DNA of 64,000 nt from an archaeon GW2011_AR20 (GTDB taxonomy: Archaea > Nanobdellota > Nanobdellia > SCGC-AAA011-G17 > GW2011-AR20), in NCBI GenBank assembly GCA_000830315.1, contig CP010426.1, positions 135,156 through 199,155 on the forward strand, in the 5' to 3' direction. Below the pieces are notes generated by a model. That model had not been told where the DNA came from. It saw nothing but the letters and a program-made list of their open reading frames with translations, and did no database searches. Shown one piece after another: positions 9,455 to 17,634 of this stretch. The translations under genes were made by a program, and so were the position numbers. Position 1 is the stretch's first letter. Each line of letters begins with the position of its first letter.

Positions 9455-10402
9455 TTATTTAATAAAAAATAATCCTAAAATAAAAATTAAATAAAGTGCT
9501 AATAAACTAATTCCTTGCATCAGACGGGCTGACCAATTCTTTCTTATATAAATAAAAAATAATATTGTCATTACAAACATAAATGGCATTAAATAAATTA
9601 AAGCAAAATTACTAACTTTAATTGGATTTATTACCCCACTTATGCCAATAATTAATAAAAGGTTTGAGATATTACTCCCAATTATATTTCCGACCAATAT
9701 TTTTTCTAAATTTTTTCTTGCTGCCGTTATTGTAACAAATAACTCAGGCAAAGAAGTTCCAATTGCTATTAAAATAACTCCAATTATTTCTGTAGGAACC
9801 TTAAAGAATTTGGCAATATTTATTGCACTTGGTATCAATAAACCGGCTCCAAAATATAAACCAAGAATTCCAAGTAATATAAATAAGATACTTTTAGTTA
9901 AATCCTTTTTTAATTCTCTTTTTGATAATTTTTTATAATATATTTCTTTCTGTTCTTCTTTAGCTCCGAATAGATGTATTAAATAAAATGCGAATATTAT
10001 TAAAAATAAAGTGGCGTCTATAAATGAAATTACTCCATCTATACTTAAGATTACAAATAAAAGGGTTATCACCACTAAAAATTTACTATCTCTAATAAAT
10101 ATTTTTTCTTTTGTTTTTATAACAAATAATAAAGTTCCTATTGCGATAACTAAACCAATGTTTGCTACATTGCTCCCCACAATATTTCCAATAATTAATC
10201 CAGATTCTTTTGAAAATGAGGCCGATATAGAAGTGGCTAATTCTGGTAATGAAGTGCCTATAGAAATTAATGTTAACCCTATAACAAATTCGCTGACCCC
10301 AATACGTCTTGCTAATTTAGCTGAGTGTTCTACAAAAAAATCAGAACCCTTTATTAAAATAACTAATGAAAATAGGAATATTAAAAAATCATATAATATC
10401 AT
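9455..10402 (-). CDS. Na+/Ca2+ exchanger (CaCA family, YrbG-like)
   Basis: 315 aa; two alpha-repeat signatures 'GTSLPEL' (residues about 49 and about 207), 10 TM segments. Confidence 0.8.
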   Translation of the reverse strand: MILYDFLIFLFSLVILIKGSDFFVEHSAKLARRIGVSEFVIGLTLISIGTSLPELATSISASFSKESGLIIGNIVGSNVANIGLVIAIGTLLFVIKTKEKIFIRDSKFLVVITLLFVILSIDGVISFIDATLFLIIFAFYLIHLFGAKEEQKEIYYKKLSKRELKKDLTKSILFILLGILGLYFGAGLLIPSAINIAKFFKVPTEIIGVILIAIGTSLPELFVTITAARKNLEKILVGNIIGSNISNLLLIIGISGVINPIKVSNFALIYLMPFMFVMTILFFIYIRKNWSARLMQGISLLALYLIFILGLFFIK

Positions 10403-10528
10403 ATTTAGAGAATATCTTTTATATATATAAAGATTATTTTTAACCCATTAAAAAATTCATTTTAAAGCACAAAGCTTTTTTATCTCAAAAGAGTCCCCTT
10501 TTTATGAGTTATATATATCCCTTTAAAG

Positions 10529-10630
10529 AAGTGTGGGAGACACACTCAGAAACCCGATTCAATCGCACCGTAACAATATATATTAACGCCATATATTTGC
10601 ATAGTAATATGTAAAAATATTTAAAACTTG
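10529..10630. repeat. Direct repeat A (about 100 bp, about 85% identical to 11651..11750), begins with hairpin GTGTGGGAGACACAC
   Basis: gtgtgggagacacactcagaaacccgattcaatcgcaccgtaac... aligned by eye with copy B. Confidence 0.8.
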
Positions 10631-11602
10631 CTGTCATATTTTATTGTCCACAAAATAGAAACATTTATATATAATGTGGACAATAGTGTTAGTATGGTGT
10701 ATGTCGATAAAATCAAGTCAGGGAAAAAAACTTTTTACTATCTTGGAAAAACTATAAGAATAGGAGAAAATAAGTGGAAGAAAATAAGGATTAAATTAGG
10801 AGAAAAAAAGCCAACAAGAGAAGAAATAGGAGATAAACTAAAAAAGCTTAAGTTAGAGGAATATAAAGTTTACAATGAAGATTATTTAGATGCTGATAAA
10901 CTGGAGGTAATTGATGACTTCAGAGAGGTATACAATAATCATCTTAAACAAATACCTAAAACAATCGCTGAGAAAGAAGAAGCTGATTTTTTAATTAGAT
11001 TTACTTATAATTCTAATGCTATTGAAGGAAATAGATTAACGTTACGTGATACTTATTTAATAATTAAAGAAAAACAAATCCCTTCTGGAGCTCCACCAAA
11101 AGACTATAATGAAGCTATTAATGGGCGAGAAGCGTTTGAATTTATTAAAAAATATAAAGGAAAACTTACGATTGAGTTTATTGAAAGATTAAATGAGATA
11201 TTAACTAAAAATACCGGAGTAATTTATACTGGAAGAGTACGCTTTTTTCCAGTTAAAATTGAGGGGGCCGAACATATACCGCCAGAACCAGAAGAAGTTA
11301 AACCATTATTAAGAAAGATGATTAGATTTTATAATGAGAATAAGAAAAAGATTCATCCATTTATATTAGCTTGTTTGATACACGCACGATTTGTGGAGAT
11401 TCATCCATTTGAAGATGGAAACGGCAGAACTGGAAGAGCATTAATGAATTGGATTTTAATGCAAACAAAATATCCAAAAATTTTTGTTCCAGTAAAACTA
11501 AGACAAAAGTATTATGAAGCTATTGATCTTCACAACCAAAAGAACATTAAGAGTTATTGCCAAAAAATGTTTGAAATTGTGATAGAACAATTTAAATTAT
11601 AA
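10628..11602 (+). CDS. Fic/DOC family protein (AMPylation/phosphocholination-type)
   Basis: 324 aa; canonical Fic motif 'HPFEDGNGRTGRALMNWIL' (HPFx[DE]GNGR). Confidence 0.85.
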   Translation: MLSYFIVHKIETFIYNVDNSVSMVYVDKIKSGKKTFYYLGKTIRIGENKWKKIRIKLGEKKPTREEIGDKLKKLKLEEYKVYNEDYLDADKLEVIDDFREVYNNHLKQIPKTIAEKEEADFLIRFTYNSNAIEGNRLTLRDTYLIIKEKQIPSGAPPKDYNEAINGREAFEFIKKYKGKLTIEFIERLNEILTKNTGVIYTGRVRFFPVKIEGAEHIPPEPEEVKPLLRKMIRFYNENKKKIHPFILACLIHARFVEIHPFEDGNGRTGRALMNWILMQTKYPKIFVPVKLRQKYYEAIDLHNQKNIKSYCQKMFEIVIEQFKL

Positions 11603-11650
11603 TATCACCAATATTTTTCAGACTATTTTACAATACATTGATGTTAAGAA

Positions 11651-11750
11651 GGAATGTGGGAGACACACTTAGAATCCTGATTTGATTGCACCGTAACGAT
11701 ATATCTTTTTAACGATGTATATTTGTATAGTATGGTAATATATAAAACTT
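11651..11750. repeat. Direct repeat B (copy of 10529..10630)
   Basis: atgtgggagacacacttagaatcctgatttgattgcaccgtaacgatatat... Confidence 0.8.
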
Positions 11751-11782
11751 GTTATTATTAAAATAATATTTAAGAATAAAGA

Positions 11783-11914
11783 TTAATGAATCCTAGAAAT
11801 TATTGCTCCAACTATTGCTCCTACGATTGTGCCAGCTATCGCTCCTTCTATTCCATTACTAAACAATCCTATAATAGCACCAATTAGCGCCCCTATCTTA
11901 ATTAAGTCTGGCAT
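11783..11914 (-). CDS. Small glycine-zipper membrane peptide (43 aa)
   Basis: Hand translation: MPDLIKIGALIGAIIGLFSNGIEGAIAGTIVGAIVGAIISRIH*; repeated GxxxG/AxxxG; below the ORF-track size cut-off. Confidence 0.35.
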   Translation of the reverse strand: MPDLIKIGALIGAIIGLFSNGIEGAIAGTIVGAIVGAIISRIH

Positions 11915-12110
11915 TTTTCTCCAATTTTTTAATCCTCATTTCTATGTAGATTATATATAAAAGTATAATTGTTATAGCTACGGCTATTTTTATATAATAA
12001 TTATCGTTAAAAATAAGTTTAGTAATGGATGCAACAGCAAGGATTGGACCCAAAACCCATCCAAGTTTTTTCATAAAACCAACAAAACTTTCTTCTTTCT
12101 TTTTAATCAT
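11898..12110 (-). CDS. Small membrane protein, hypothetical
   Basis: 70 aa, 2 predicted TM helices. Confidence 0.3.
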   Translation of the reverse strand: MIKKKEESFVGFMKKLGWVLGPILAVASITKLIFNDNYYIKIAVAITIILLYIIYIEMRIKKLEKNARLN

Positions 12111-12111
12111 T

Positions 12112-12270
12112 TTAATGTTTTACTCCAACCCATATAAGAAAGATACCAAATAATCCTAAAATAAATTTATAGCTAAAACCAAGATTTAATACCCATGGAG
12201 CAATAATTATTATAACCCCTAATAGAACAGACATTGCCGCTCCACTTATTGTGTTTGTATTGCTAACCAT
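12112..12270 (-). CDS. Small membrane protein (52 aa), SPW-repeat-like
   Basis: Hand translation: MVSNTNTISGAAMSVLLGVIIIIAPWVLNLGFSYKFILGLFGIFLIWVGVKH*. Confidence 0.3.
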   Translation of the reverse strand: MVSNTNTISGAAMSVLLGVIIIIAPWVLNLGFSYKFILGLFGIFLIWVGVKH

Positions 12271-12305
12271 TATTGTTAATGAGATTTTATAATTTAAAAA
12301 TCTTT

Positions 12306-12518
12306 TTAATATTCACTTCTATGAAGTTTTGAGTGTTTTCTTACTGCTTTTTTGAATCTCTTTTTAAGTTTTTTATTAATTCTTTTAAGCATAACTTGTC
12401 TTTTTTTAGTTTCTTTTTTATATTCCTTTGCTAATTCTTTTAATTCTTCTAAAATCTTTTCTTTTTCATTTTCATCTCTTTTCATAATCTCGGAAAAGAG
12501 TTTTTGAGTTTTATCCAT
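12306..12518 (-). CDS. Lys/Glu-rich coiled-coil protein, hypothetical
   Basis: 70 aa, about 40% K/R/E. Confidence 0.3.
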   Translation of the reverse strand: MDKTQKLFSEIMKRDENEKEKILEELKELAKEYKKETKKRQVMLKRINKKLKKRFKKAVRKHSKLHRSEY

Positions 12519-12650
12519 TTTATTCGCCTCACTTTAATACAAGATCTTTAGATATATAAATATAATCTTATTATTTTAATCCAGCTAATAACATGCTTAA
12601 ATCTCCACCGTTCACAGACAAATTAGAGATCGTAGACCAAACTAATGTAG

Positions 12651-13094
12651 CTAACCATAAACATAAAGTAATATTAAATATAAAACCATAAATGCTAATG
12701 GTATGTAAGCCTCTGTAATTGTTGTTTTATAATTTTTGTTAATATGGTAATCCTCTATAGTATAAGGTCTTATTGGCAAATATTCTTCTATATTATGTAT
12801 AACCCTAAATTTAGCAGAATTTAATTTTCTATAACTCCTAATGTTTAGATACCAAGAAACAGATATAATAATTCCAACTAAGGATAATAAAATTAATATC
12901 CTGTCTCTATTCATAACTGAAAAATAACTTACCAAACCAAATATAATGGAGTTTATTGTTAAATAAAAATTATTTGATATCAATCTTCTAGAGCTAACAT
13001 CATCTGCACTCTTTACATATATCTTATATTGCTCCAATAAATGATTTTGAAAATCCTTTTTATACTTTTTATTTATCAAATTTTTTGCTTCCAT
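12651..13094 (-). CDS. Small 3-TM membrane protein (candidate effector), last gene of the three-gene operon
   Basis: 147 aa; about 50-aa soluble N-terminus, two adjacent TM helices (INSIIFGLVSYFSVM / ILILLSLVGIIISVSWYL), about 55-aa loop, C-terminal TM; 2 nt downstream of the TIR-like gene. Confidence 0.4.
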   Translation of the reverse strand: MEAKNLINKKYKKDFQNHLLEQYKIYVKSADDVSSRRLISNNFYLTINSIIFGLVSYFSVMNRDRILILLSLVGIIISVSWYLNIRSYRKLNSAKFRVIHNIEEYLPIRPYTIEDYHINKNYKTTITEAYIPLAFMVLYLILLYVYG

Positions 13095-13096
13095 AT

Positions 13097-13591
13097 TTAA
13101 TCACTATTTAGCTCATTTGAGATTTCATCTATATCCCAATTAATAATTCTGGCTCCATTATCTCTCATTTGTTGAGGAATTCTATGATTCTCATATCTAT
13201 GAACCCTTACACCAATTACTTTTTTTTCTTGCGAATAAGCTTCATTTATCTCCCAGTTAACAGCGTCTCTACTATGTGTTTCAGGTCCTATTAAAACTAT
13301 TACTGTAGACGTCATAGCAATCCTTTCTCTGCATTGGGTCCTCCATTTTTCATCAAATGGCTCATTTACTGCATAATTAATAAAATCTAAATCATATTTA
13401 TCACTTTTTGCTTGGTGGGTCAATAGCTGTTTTGCATATTCATCATCTATATGAAAGCTAATAAATACTTTTTTTCTAGTTTTCTGAATTTCTCCATCCC
13501 CATTATAACTTGAAACTTTTTTATTTATTGCATTTTTAGTTGTTTGACTATAGCTCTGACGGGTTCCTCTTGGACCTCCTCCCATAAACAT
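13097..13591 (-). CDS. TIR-like domain protein (DUF1863 / ThsB-like flavour)
   Basis: 164 aa; 'KKVFISFHIDDEYAKQLL' = TIR box-1-like (VFISY/H), later 'AVNWEINEAYSQ' W-x-x-E motif; low-complexity N-terminus overlaps the upstream gene, so the true start may be later. Confidence 0.5.
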   Translation of the reverse strand: MFMGGGPRGTRQSYSQTTKNAINKKVSSYNGDGEIQKTRKKVFISFHIDDEYAKQLLTHQAKSDKYDLDFINYAVNEPFDEKWRTQCRERIAMTSTVIVLIGPETHSRDAVNWEINEAYSQEKKVIGVRVHRYENHRIPQQMRDNGARIINWDIDEISNELNSD

Positions 13592-14403
13592 ACACCTCCT
13601 TCAAATAATTTTTTCTGTTCATTTAATCTTTGTATGTTGTTAAATATTTCAATGAGATTTTCTTTAACAATTTTAGTGTTGTATTTCCCGGAGTATTTTA
13701 CTTTCTTTGTCCCAACAAATTTTTTTCCATTTAATGCGGTGACAAGATGTGTATTTGTAATGTATGCATCGGCAAATGAAAATTCTAATAAATTATTTTG
13801 CGAACCCATTCCATAAAGAAGCAAATATCTCGCATACGGTCTTATTTTAAATGCAAAATTTTTAGCTTTGTTGATCATATTTCTATCTCCAGATCTAAAA
13901 AAATCCCGGGTATGAAAAATAAAATCTTTTATTCCAAACATTTTCAATATTTTTACATGCTTCTCTATTATCCATTCATTGCATCCCTTAACGTGACCAA
14001 TTGGAAAACTAAATGGACATCGCTCTATTAATTCCTTAGTTTGGAACAACGATTTTTTAATTTCTTCGATAGATACGATTTGCTCTCCCTCATAAGTTTC
14101 ACAATCTGGCGTTGTATAAAAATTTGGTTTTAAGGTATTTATAATGAAAGCATAATCTGAGGGGGTCAGTTTAGAAAGCATATCATCTTTTACAATCAAC
14201 GATAGAATTATCATTCCATGATAGTTTAAATAATTGTGAATCCCACCAACATTCCTGATCTCATAAAAAACACTCTTGAGTTCTAAAGTTATATGCGAAA
14301 TTATATCTAACAATCTCACTACTACAAACTTTGTTGGTATGCTTTGAGCAACACCAATCATTTTCTTTTTGTTTACCTCTGTAATGGGTATAATTTCTAC
14401 CAT
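13525..14403 (-). CDS. Hypothetical 292-aa protein; weak resemblance to the C-terminal half of the tRNA-guanine transglycosylase (TGT/DpdA-like) TIM barrel
   Basis: 'RYLLLYGMGSQNNLLEFSFADAYITNTHLVTALNGKKFVG' vs TGT 'HLMGVGKPDDI...IDMFDCVMPTRSGRNGQAFT' (by-eye alignment only; no DSGGFQ or Zn motif seen). Confidence 0.3.
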   Translation of the reverse strand: MVEIIPITEVNKKKMIGVAQSIPTKFVVVRLLDIISHITLELKSVFYEIRNVGGIHNYLNYHGMIILSLIVKDDMLSKLTPSDYAFIINTLKPNFYTTPDCETYEGEQIVSIEEIKKSLFQTKELIERCPFSFPIGHVKGCNEWIIEKHVKILKMFGIKDFIFHTRDFFRSGDRNMINKAKNFAFKIRPYARYLLLYGMGSQNNLLEFSFADAYITNTHLVTALNGKKFVGTKKVKYSGKYNTKIVKENLIEIFNNIQRLNEQKKLFEGGVCLWEEVQEEPVRAIVKQLKMQ

Positions 14404-14570
14404 TTTTAATAGCTCTATCCTCTTGACCTCTTTTTTGCATGGTATTAGAGGGTTGAACTTATTTATATAGTTTTCTATTGACTTCTTTACGTAATAATAT
14501 AAGATTTAGACTAAAATAGAAATATTTATATAACTTATTATGCTTCTTTTTTGAAGAAGGAATCAATTAA

Positions 14571-15155
14571 ATGAAAGTATTAATATCTACAATTTGGAAA
14601 GGGTCTGCTGTTATACAGGCTATAAAACTATTTTCTCCTAATAAAGTCTTTTTTATTGCAGATGAACCTGTTGAAGATATAAGAAATAATTCTATTAATA
14701 TGATCAAAGAAATATTCCCTAATTTAGAATATAAAACTGTTCCAACTAAGATTTATGATATAGTAGGAATTGCAAAGTCTGTAATGGATATCATAGAATC
14801 AGAAACAGGAAATGAGATAATAGTTCATATTTCAGAAGGTAGAAAAACTATGAGTTTAGGTTTATTATTTGGTGCTTATGTTAAAAGAGAATTAGTTAGT
14901 TCTGCATATTATATTACTGAAGAAACAAATACACCAATTCAATTACCTCTCGTAAAACTTAAATTATCAAAACAAAAAAAAGGATTATTACAAAAAATTG
15001 ATGAGAACATTACCTCAATATCTGAACTTGCAAAGAAACTAAAGATCAAAGCTCCAACCGTATATGTTCATATGAAAGAATTAAGAGATGACGGCTTTTT
15101 GAATAAGGAAAATAAGCTCACAGAGATTGGGAGGATTATTCTTTTAAATAATTAA
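14571..15155 (+). CDS. Csa3-like regulator (Rossmann/CARF-like N-domain + C-terminal wHTH)
   Basis: 194 aa; N-terminus 'MKVLISTIWKGSAVIQAIKL' resembles the Csa3 start (MKxxxxTLGF); C-terminal 'ISELAKKLKIKAPTVYVHMKELRDDGFL' wHTH. Confidence 0.4.
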   Translation: MKVLISTIWKGSAVIQAIKLFSPNKVFFIADEPVEDIRNNSINMIKEIFPNLEYKTVPTKIYDIVGIAKSVMDIIESETGNEIIVHISEGRKTMSLGLLFGAYVKRELVSSAYYITEETNTPIQLPLVKLKLSKQKKGLLQKIDENITSISELAKKLKIKAPTVYVHMKELRDDGFLNKENKLTEIGRIILLNN

Positions 15156-15156
15156 A

Positions 15157-16314
15157 ATGACTACTTACTCTCATTCAAAACTTGGCACATTTCAACAATG
15201 TAAGTATAAATATAAACTTCAATATATTGATAAAATAAAAAGTGATTTAGAAAGTATTGAAATCTTTATGGGAAAACGTGTCCATGAGGCTTTAGAGAAA
15301 TTATATAATGATTTAAAATTCCAAAAATTAAATACTAAAGAAGAATTACTACAATTTTTTGAAAAAATCTGGGATGAGAATTGGCATGATAAGGTTTTCA
15401 TTGTTAAAGATGAATATACAGCTAAAAATTATAAAGAAATGAGTAAAAAGTTTATAGCAGATTATTATGATCATTATAAACCATTTAATCATAGAACGGT
15501 TATAGCTATAGAAACACAAGATAGAATGAATCTGTCTGAAGGATATCAATATCATATAAGGATAGACCATTTAGCTTGTGATAAAGAAGGAAATTATTAT
15601 GTTTGTGATTATAAAACAAATAATTTATTAAAAGCACAGGAAGAATTAGATGAAGACCATCAGTTAGCAATGTATTCTTTATGGGTCAAGCAAAAATATC
15701 CTGATGCTAAGTCTGTTAAATTAGTGTGGTATTTCTTAGCTTTTGATAAAGAAATGATTTCTGAAAGAAATGATGAACAGTTAAAAGAATTAAAAAAACA
15801 AATTGAAAAGTTAATCAAGGAAATAGAAGCTTGTAATAATTTCCCAACAAATGTTAGTTCTTTATGTGATTATTGTCAATATAAACCAATATGTCCTGCT
15901 TGGAAACATAAATTTGAAGTTGAAGAAAGTAAAAAAGAATTTTCTGAAGATTATGGTGGAAAGTTAGTGGATGAGTTTTCTAAGTTACAAGAAACTAAGA
16001 AACATGCTGAAGAAAAAATAGAAGAAATAAAAGAAGATCTTATCAAATTTGCTAAACAAAAAGAAATTGATGTGGTTTTTGGAACTGATAAGAGATGTTC
16101 TGTAAAAGAATATGATAAAATTATTTTTCCGGATGATAAGAAAGAGGAATTGTTGAAATTAATTAAGGATAAAGGAATTTATGATGAATTTTCATCTCTT
16201 AATTATTTTAAATTAAGCCCAAAGGTCCTTAAAAAAGAAGTTGATGAAGATATAATAAGTCTTACTGATAGGGAAAAAGCCTATAGATTAAGCTTATCCA
16301 AAAGGAGAGATTAA
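15157..16314 (+). CDS. Cas4-like PD-(D/E)xK nuclease with Fe-S cysteines (RecB-family), C-terminal charged extension
   Basis: 385 aa; N-terminal Cys 'FQQC', motif II 'IRIDHL', motif III 'VCDYKT' (D-x-K), 'QLAMYSLW' Q-x-x-x-Y, C-terminal 'CDYCQYKPIC' (C-x2-C-x5-C). Confidence 0.65.
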   Translation: MTTYSHSKLGTFQQCKYKYKLQYIDKIKSDLESIEIFMGKRVHEALEKLYNDLKFQKLNTKEELLQFFEKIWDENWHDKVFIVKDEYTAKNYKEMSKKFIADYYDHYKPFNHRTVIAIETQDRMNLSEGYQYHIRIDHLACDKEGNYYVCDYKTNNLLKAQEELDEDHQLAMYSLWVKQKYPDAKSVKLVWYFLAFDKEMISERNDEQLKELKKQIEKLIKEIEACNNFPTNVSSLCDYCQYKPICPAWKHKFEVEESKKEFSEDYGGKLVDEFSKLQETKKHAEEKIEEIKEDLIKFAKQKEIDVVFGTDKRCSVKEYDKIIFPDDKKEELLKLIKDKGIYDEFSSLNYFKLSPKVLKKEVDEDIISLTDREKAYRLSLSKRRD

Positions 16315-16370
16315 AAATTATTAGATTACAAAAGTGATTATAAAAAAGTAAAAGGAGTCTTAATAGAAAA

Positions 16371-17630
16371 ATGAAAACAAATCCCAAACAAAGAACAATC
16401 GGTTCAATATATCACAGAATGAAGGATAAAATAAATTTATCTGACAAAAGGTTTCAGAGGGGTTCTGTTTGGACGAGAGAGCAAGAACAATTTTTGATTG
16501 ATACATTAATTAAAAGTTTAGATATTCCAAAATTATATTTTTGGGATGTAAAAAACGAAGGTGTTTATGACTATTCTGTTGTGGATGGCCAACAGAGACT
16601 AACAACAATTTTTAGATTTTTAAACAATGAATTAGAATTGAATTCAGAATTCACACCAGAATTCGCAAATAAAACTTATGAAAAACTGCCAGAAGATTTG
16701 AAGGATGAAATATATAATTATGAGCTGACCATCGTTATAATAGAAGATGCAGATGAGGAAGCGATTCAGGACTTATTTTTACGACTCAACAACGGAACAA
16801 CATTGAAGTCCCAAGAGAAAAGAATGAATATCGGAGGAAATCTTTCAAAATATATTGTTAATATGACAAACCATAATATTTTTTCTAAAGTGACATTTAA
16901 AAATAAACACAGAGATTACGAGCAAATTTTAGCACAATGTATTAAACTAGAGCTAGAAGGAAAAACAACCAACACCCAAGGGAAATATCTGGATTTGATG
17001 TACAAAGAGGAAAAGGACTTTGATGTTAATGGAACCGTCGCCAAGAAATTTAAAAAAGTTTTAGATTATATGGGTGAAATATTCTCCGAGGAGAATAAAG
17101 TGCCGGAATTAAAACGATTTAATCTAATATCTTTATATTTGATGCTTTCTCAAATGATTGACAAATTTGTGATTAAAGACAAAAAAGATTTGTTTAAAAA
17201 ATTCCTGATTGGTTTTTGGAATGATTTAACAAATTATCGAGACCAAGAAAAAATATCTGATGACAAAAGAAACCTCGATTTTGATGATTTTATACAATTT
17301 ATCAGTAGCAGGACAGATAGTTTGGAATCGATAGATGGGAGACACAAAATTTTACTAAAATATTTTATGCTTAAAAATCCAAATTTAGAAATCTTTGATA
17401 ATAACAGAAATTTTACAGAAGAACAGCGACTTGTTATTTATCGAAGGGATAAAGAGATATGTTGGCATTGTGGTAAACACGTCGATTGGGTAGATTTTGA
17501 AGCAGATCATAGACCTAAACCATATAGCAAGGGTGGAAAAACGACTGTTGGAAACGGCACTTGTGCCCATCAAAGTTGTAATTTGAAAGCAAGTAATAAA
17601 GAAGAATTACTACCTGGATGGTTAAAATAA
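16371..17630 (+). CDS. DUF262 (ParB-like NTPase/nuclease, DGQQR) + C-terminal HNH-like domain; GmrSD/BrxU-like type IV restriction-type enzyme
   Basis: 419 aa; 'VVDGQQRLTTIFRFL' DUF262 signature; C-terminal 'CWHCGKHVDWVDFEADHRPKPYSKGGKTTVGNGTCAHQSCNLKASN' HNH/DUF1524-like. Confidence 0.7.
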   Translation: MKTNPKQRTIGSIYHRMKDKINLSDKRFQRGSVWTREQEQFLIDTLIKSLDIPKLYFWDVKNEGVYDYSVVDGQQRLTTIFRFLNNELELNSEFTPEFANKTYEKLPEDLKDEIYNYELTIVIIEDADEEAIQDLFLRLNNGTTLKSQEKRMNIGGNLSKYIVNMTNHNIFSKVTFKNKHRDYEQILAQCIKLELEGKTTNTQGKYLDLMYKEEKDFDVNGTVAKKFKKVLDYMGEIFSEENKVPELKRFNLISLYLMLSQMIDKFVIKDKKDLFKKFLIGFWNDLTNYRDQEKISDDKRNLDFDDFIQFISSRTDSLESIDGRHKILLKYFMLKNPNLEIFDNNRNFTEEQRLVIYRRDKEICWHCGKHVDWVDFEADHRPKPYSKGGKTTVGNGTCAHQSCNLKASNKEELLPGWLK

Positions 17631-17634
17631 TAAA

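Noticed and set aside
10529-11750. Repeats A/B as MITE-like elements with terminal inverted repeats
   Set aside because: The two copies are direct, not inverted, relative to each other; the only inverted symmetry is the local 5-bp hairpin; no second copy pair seen elsewhere in the window
13525-14403. Firm annotation of the 292-aa protein as a tRNA-guanine transglycosylase/DpdA
   Set aside because: Only a by-eye match to one segment; no DSGGFQ-like nucleophile region or Zn-binding CxCxxC-H motif; kept as a low-confidence hypothesis only
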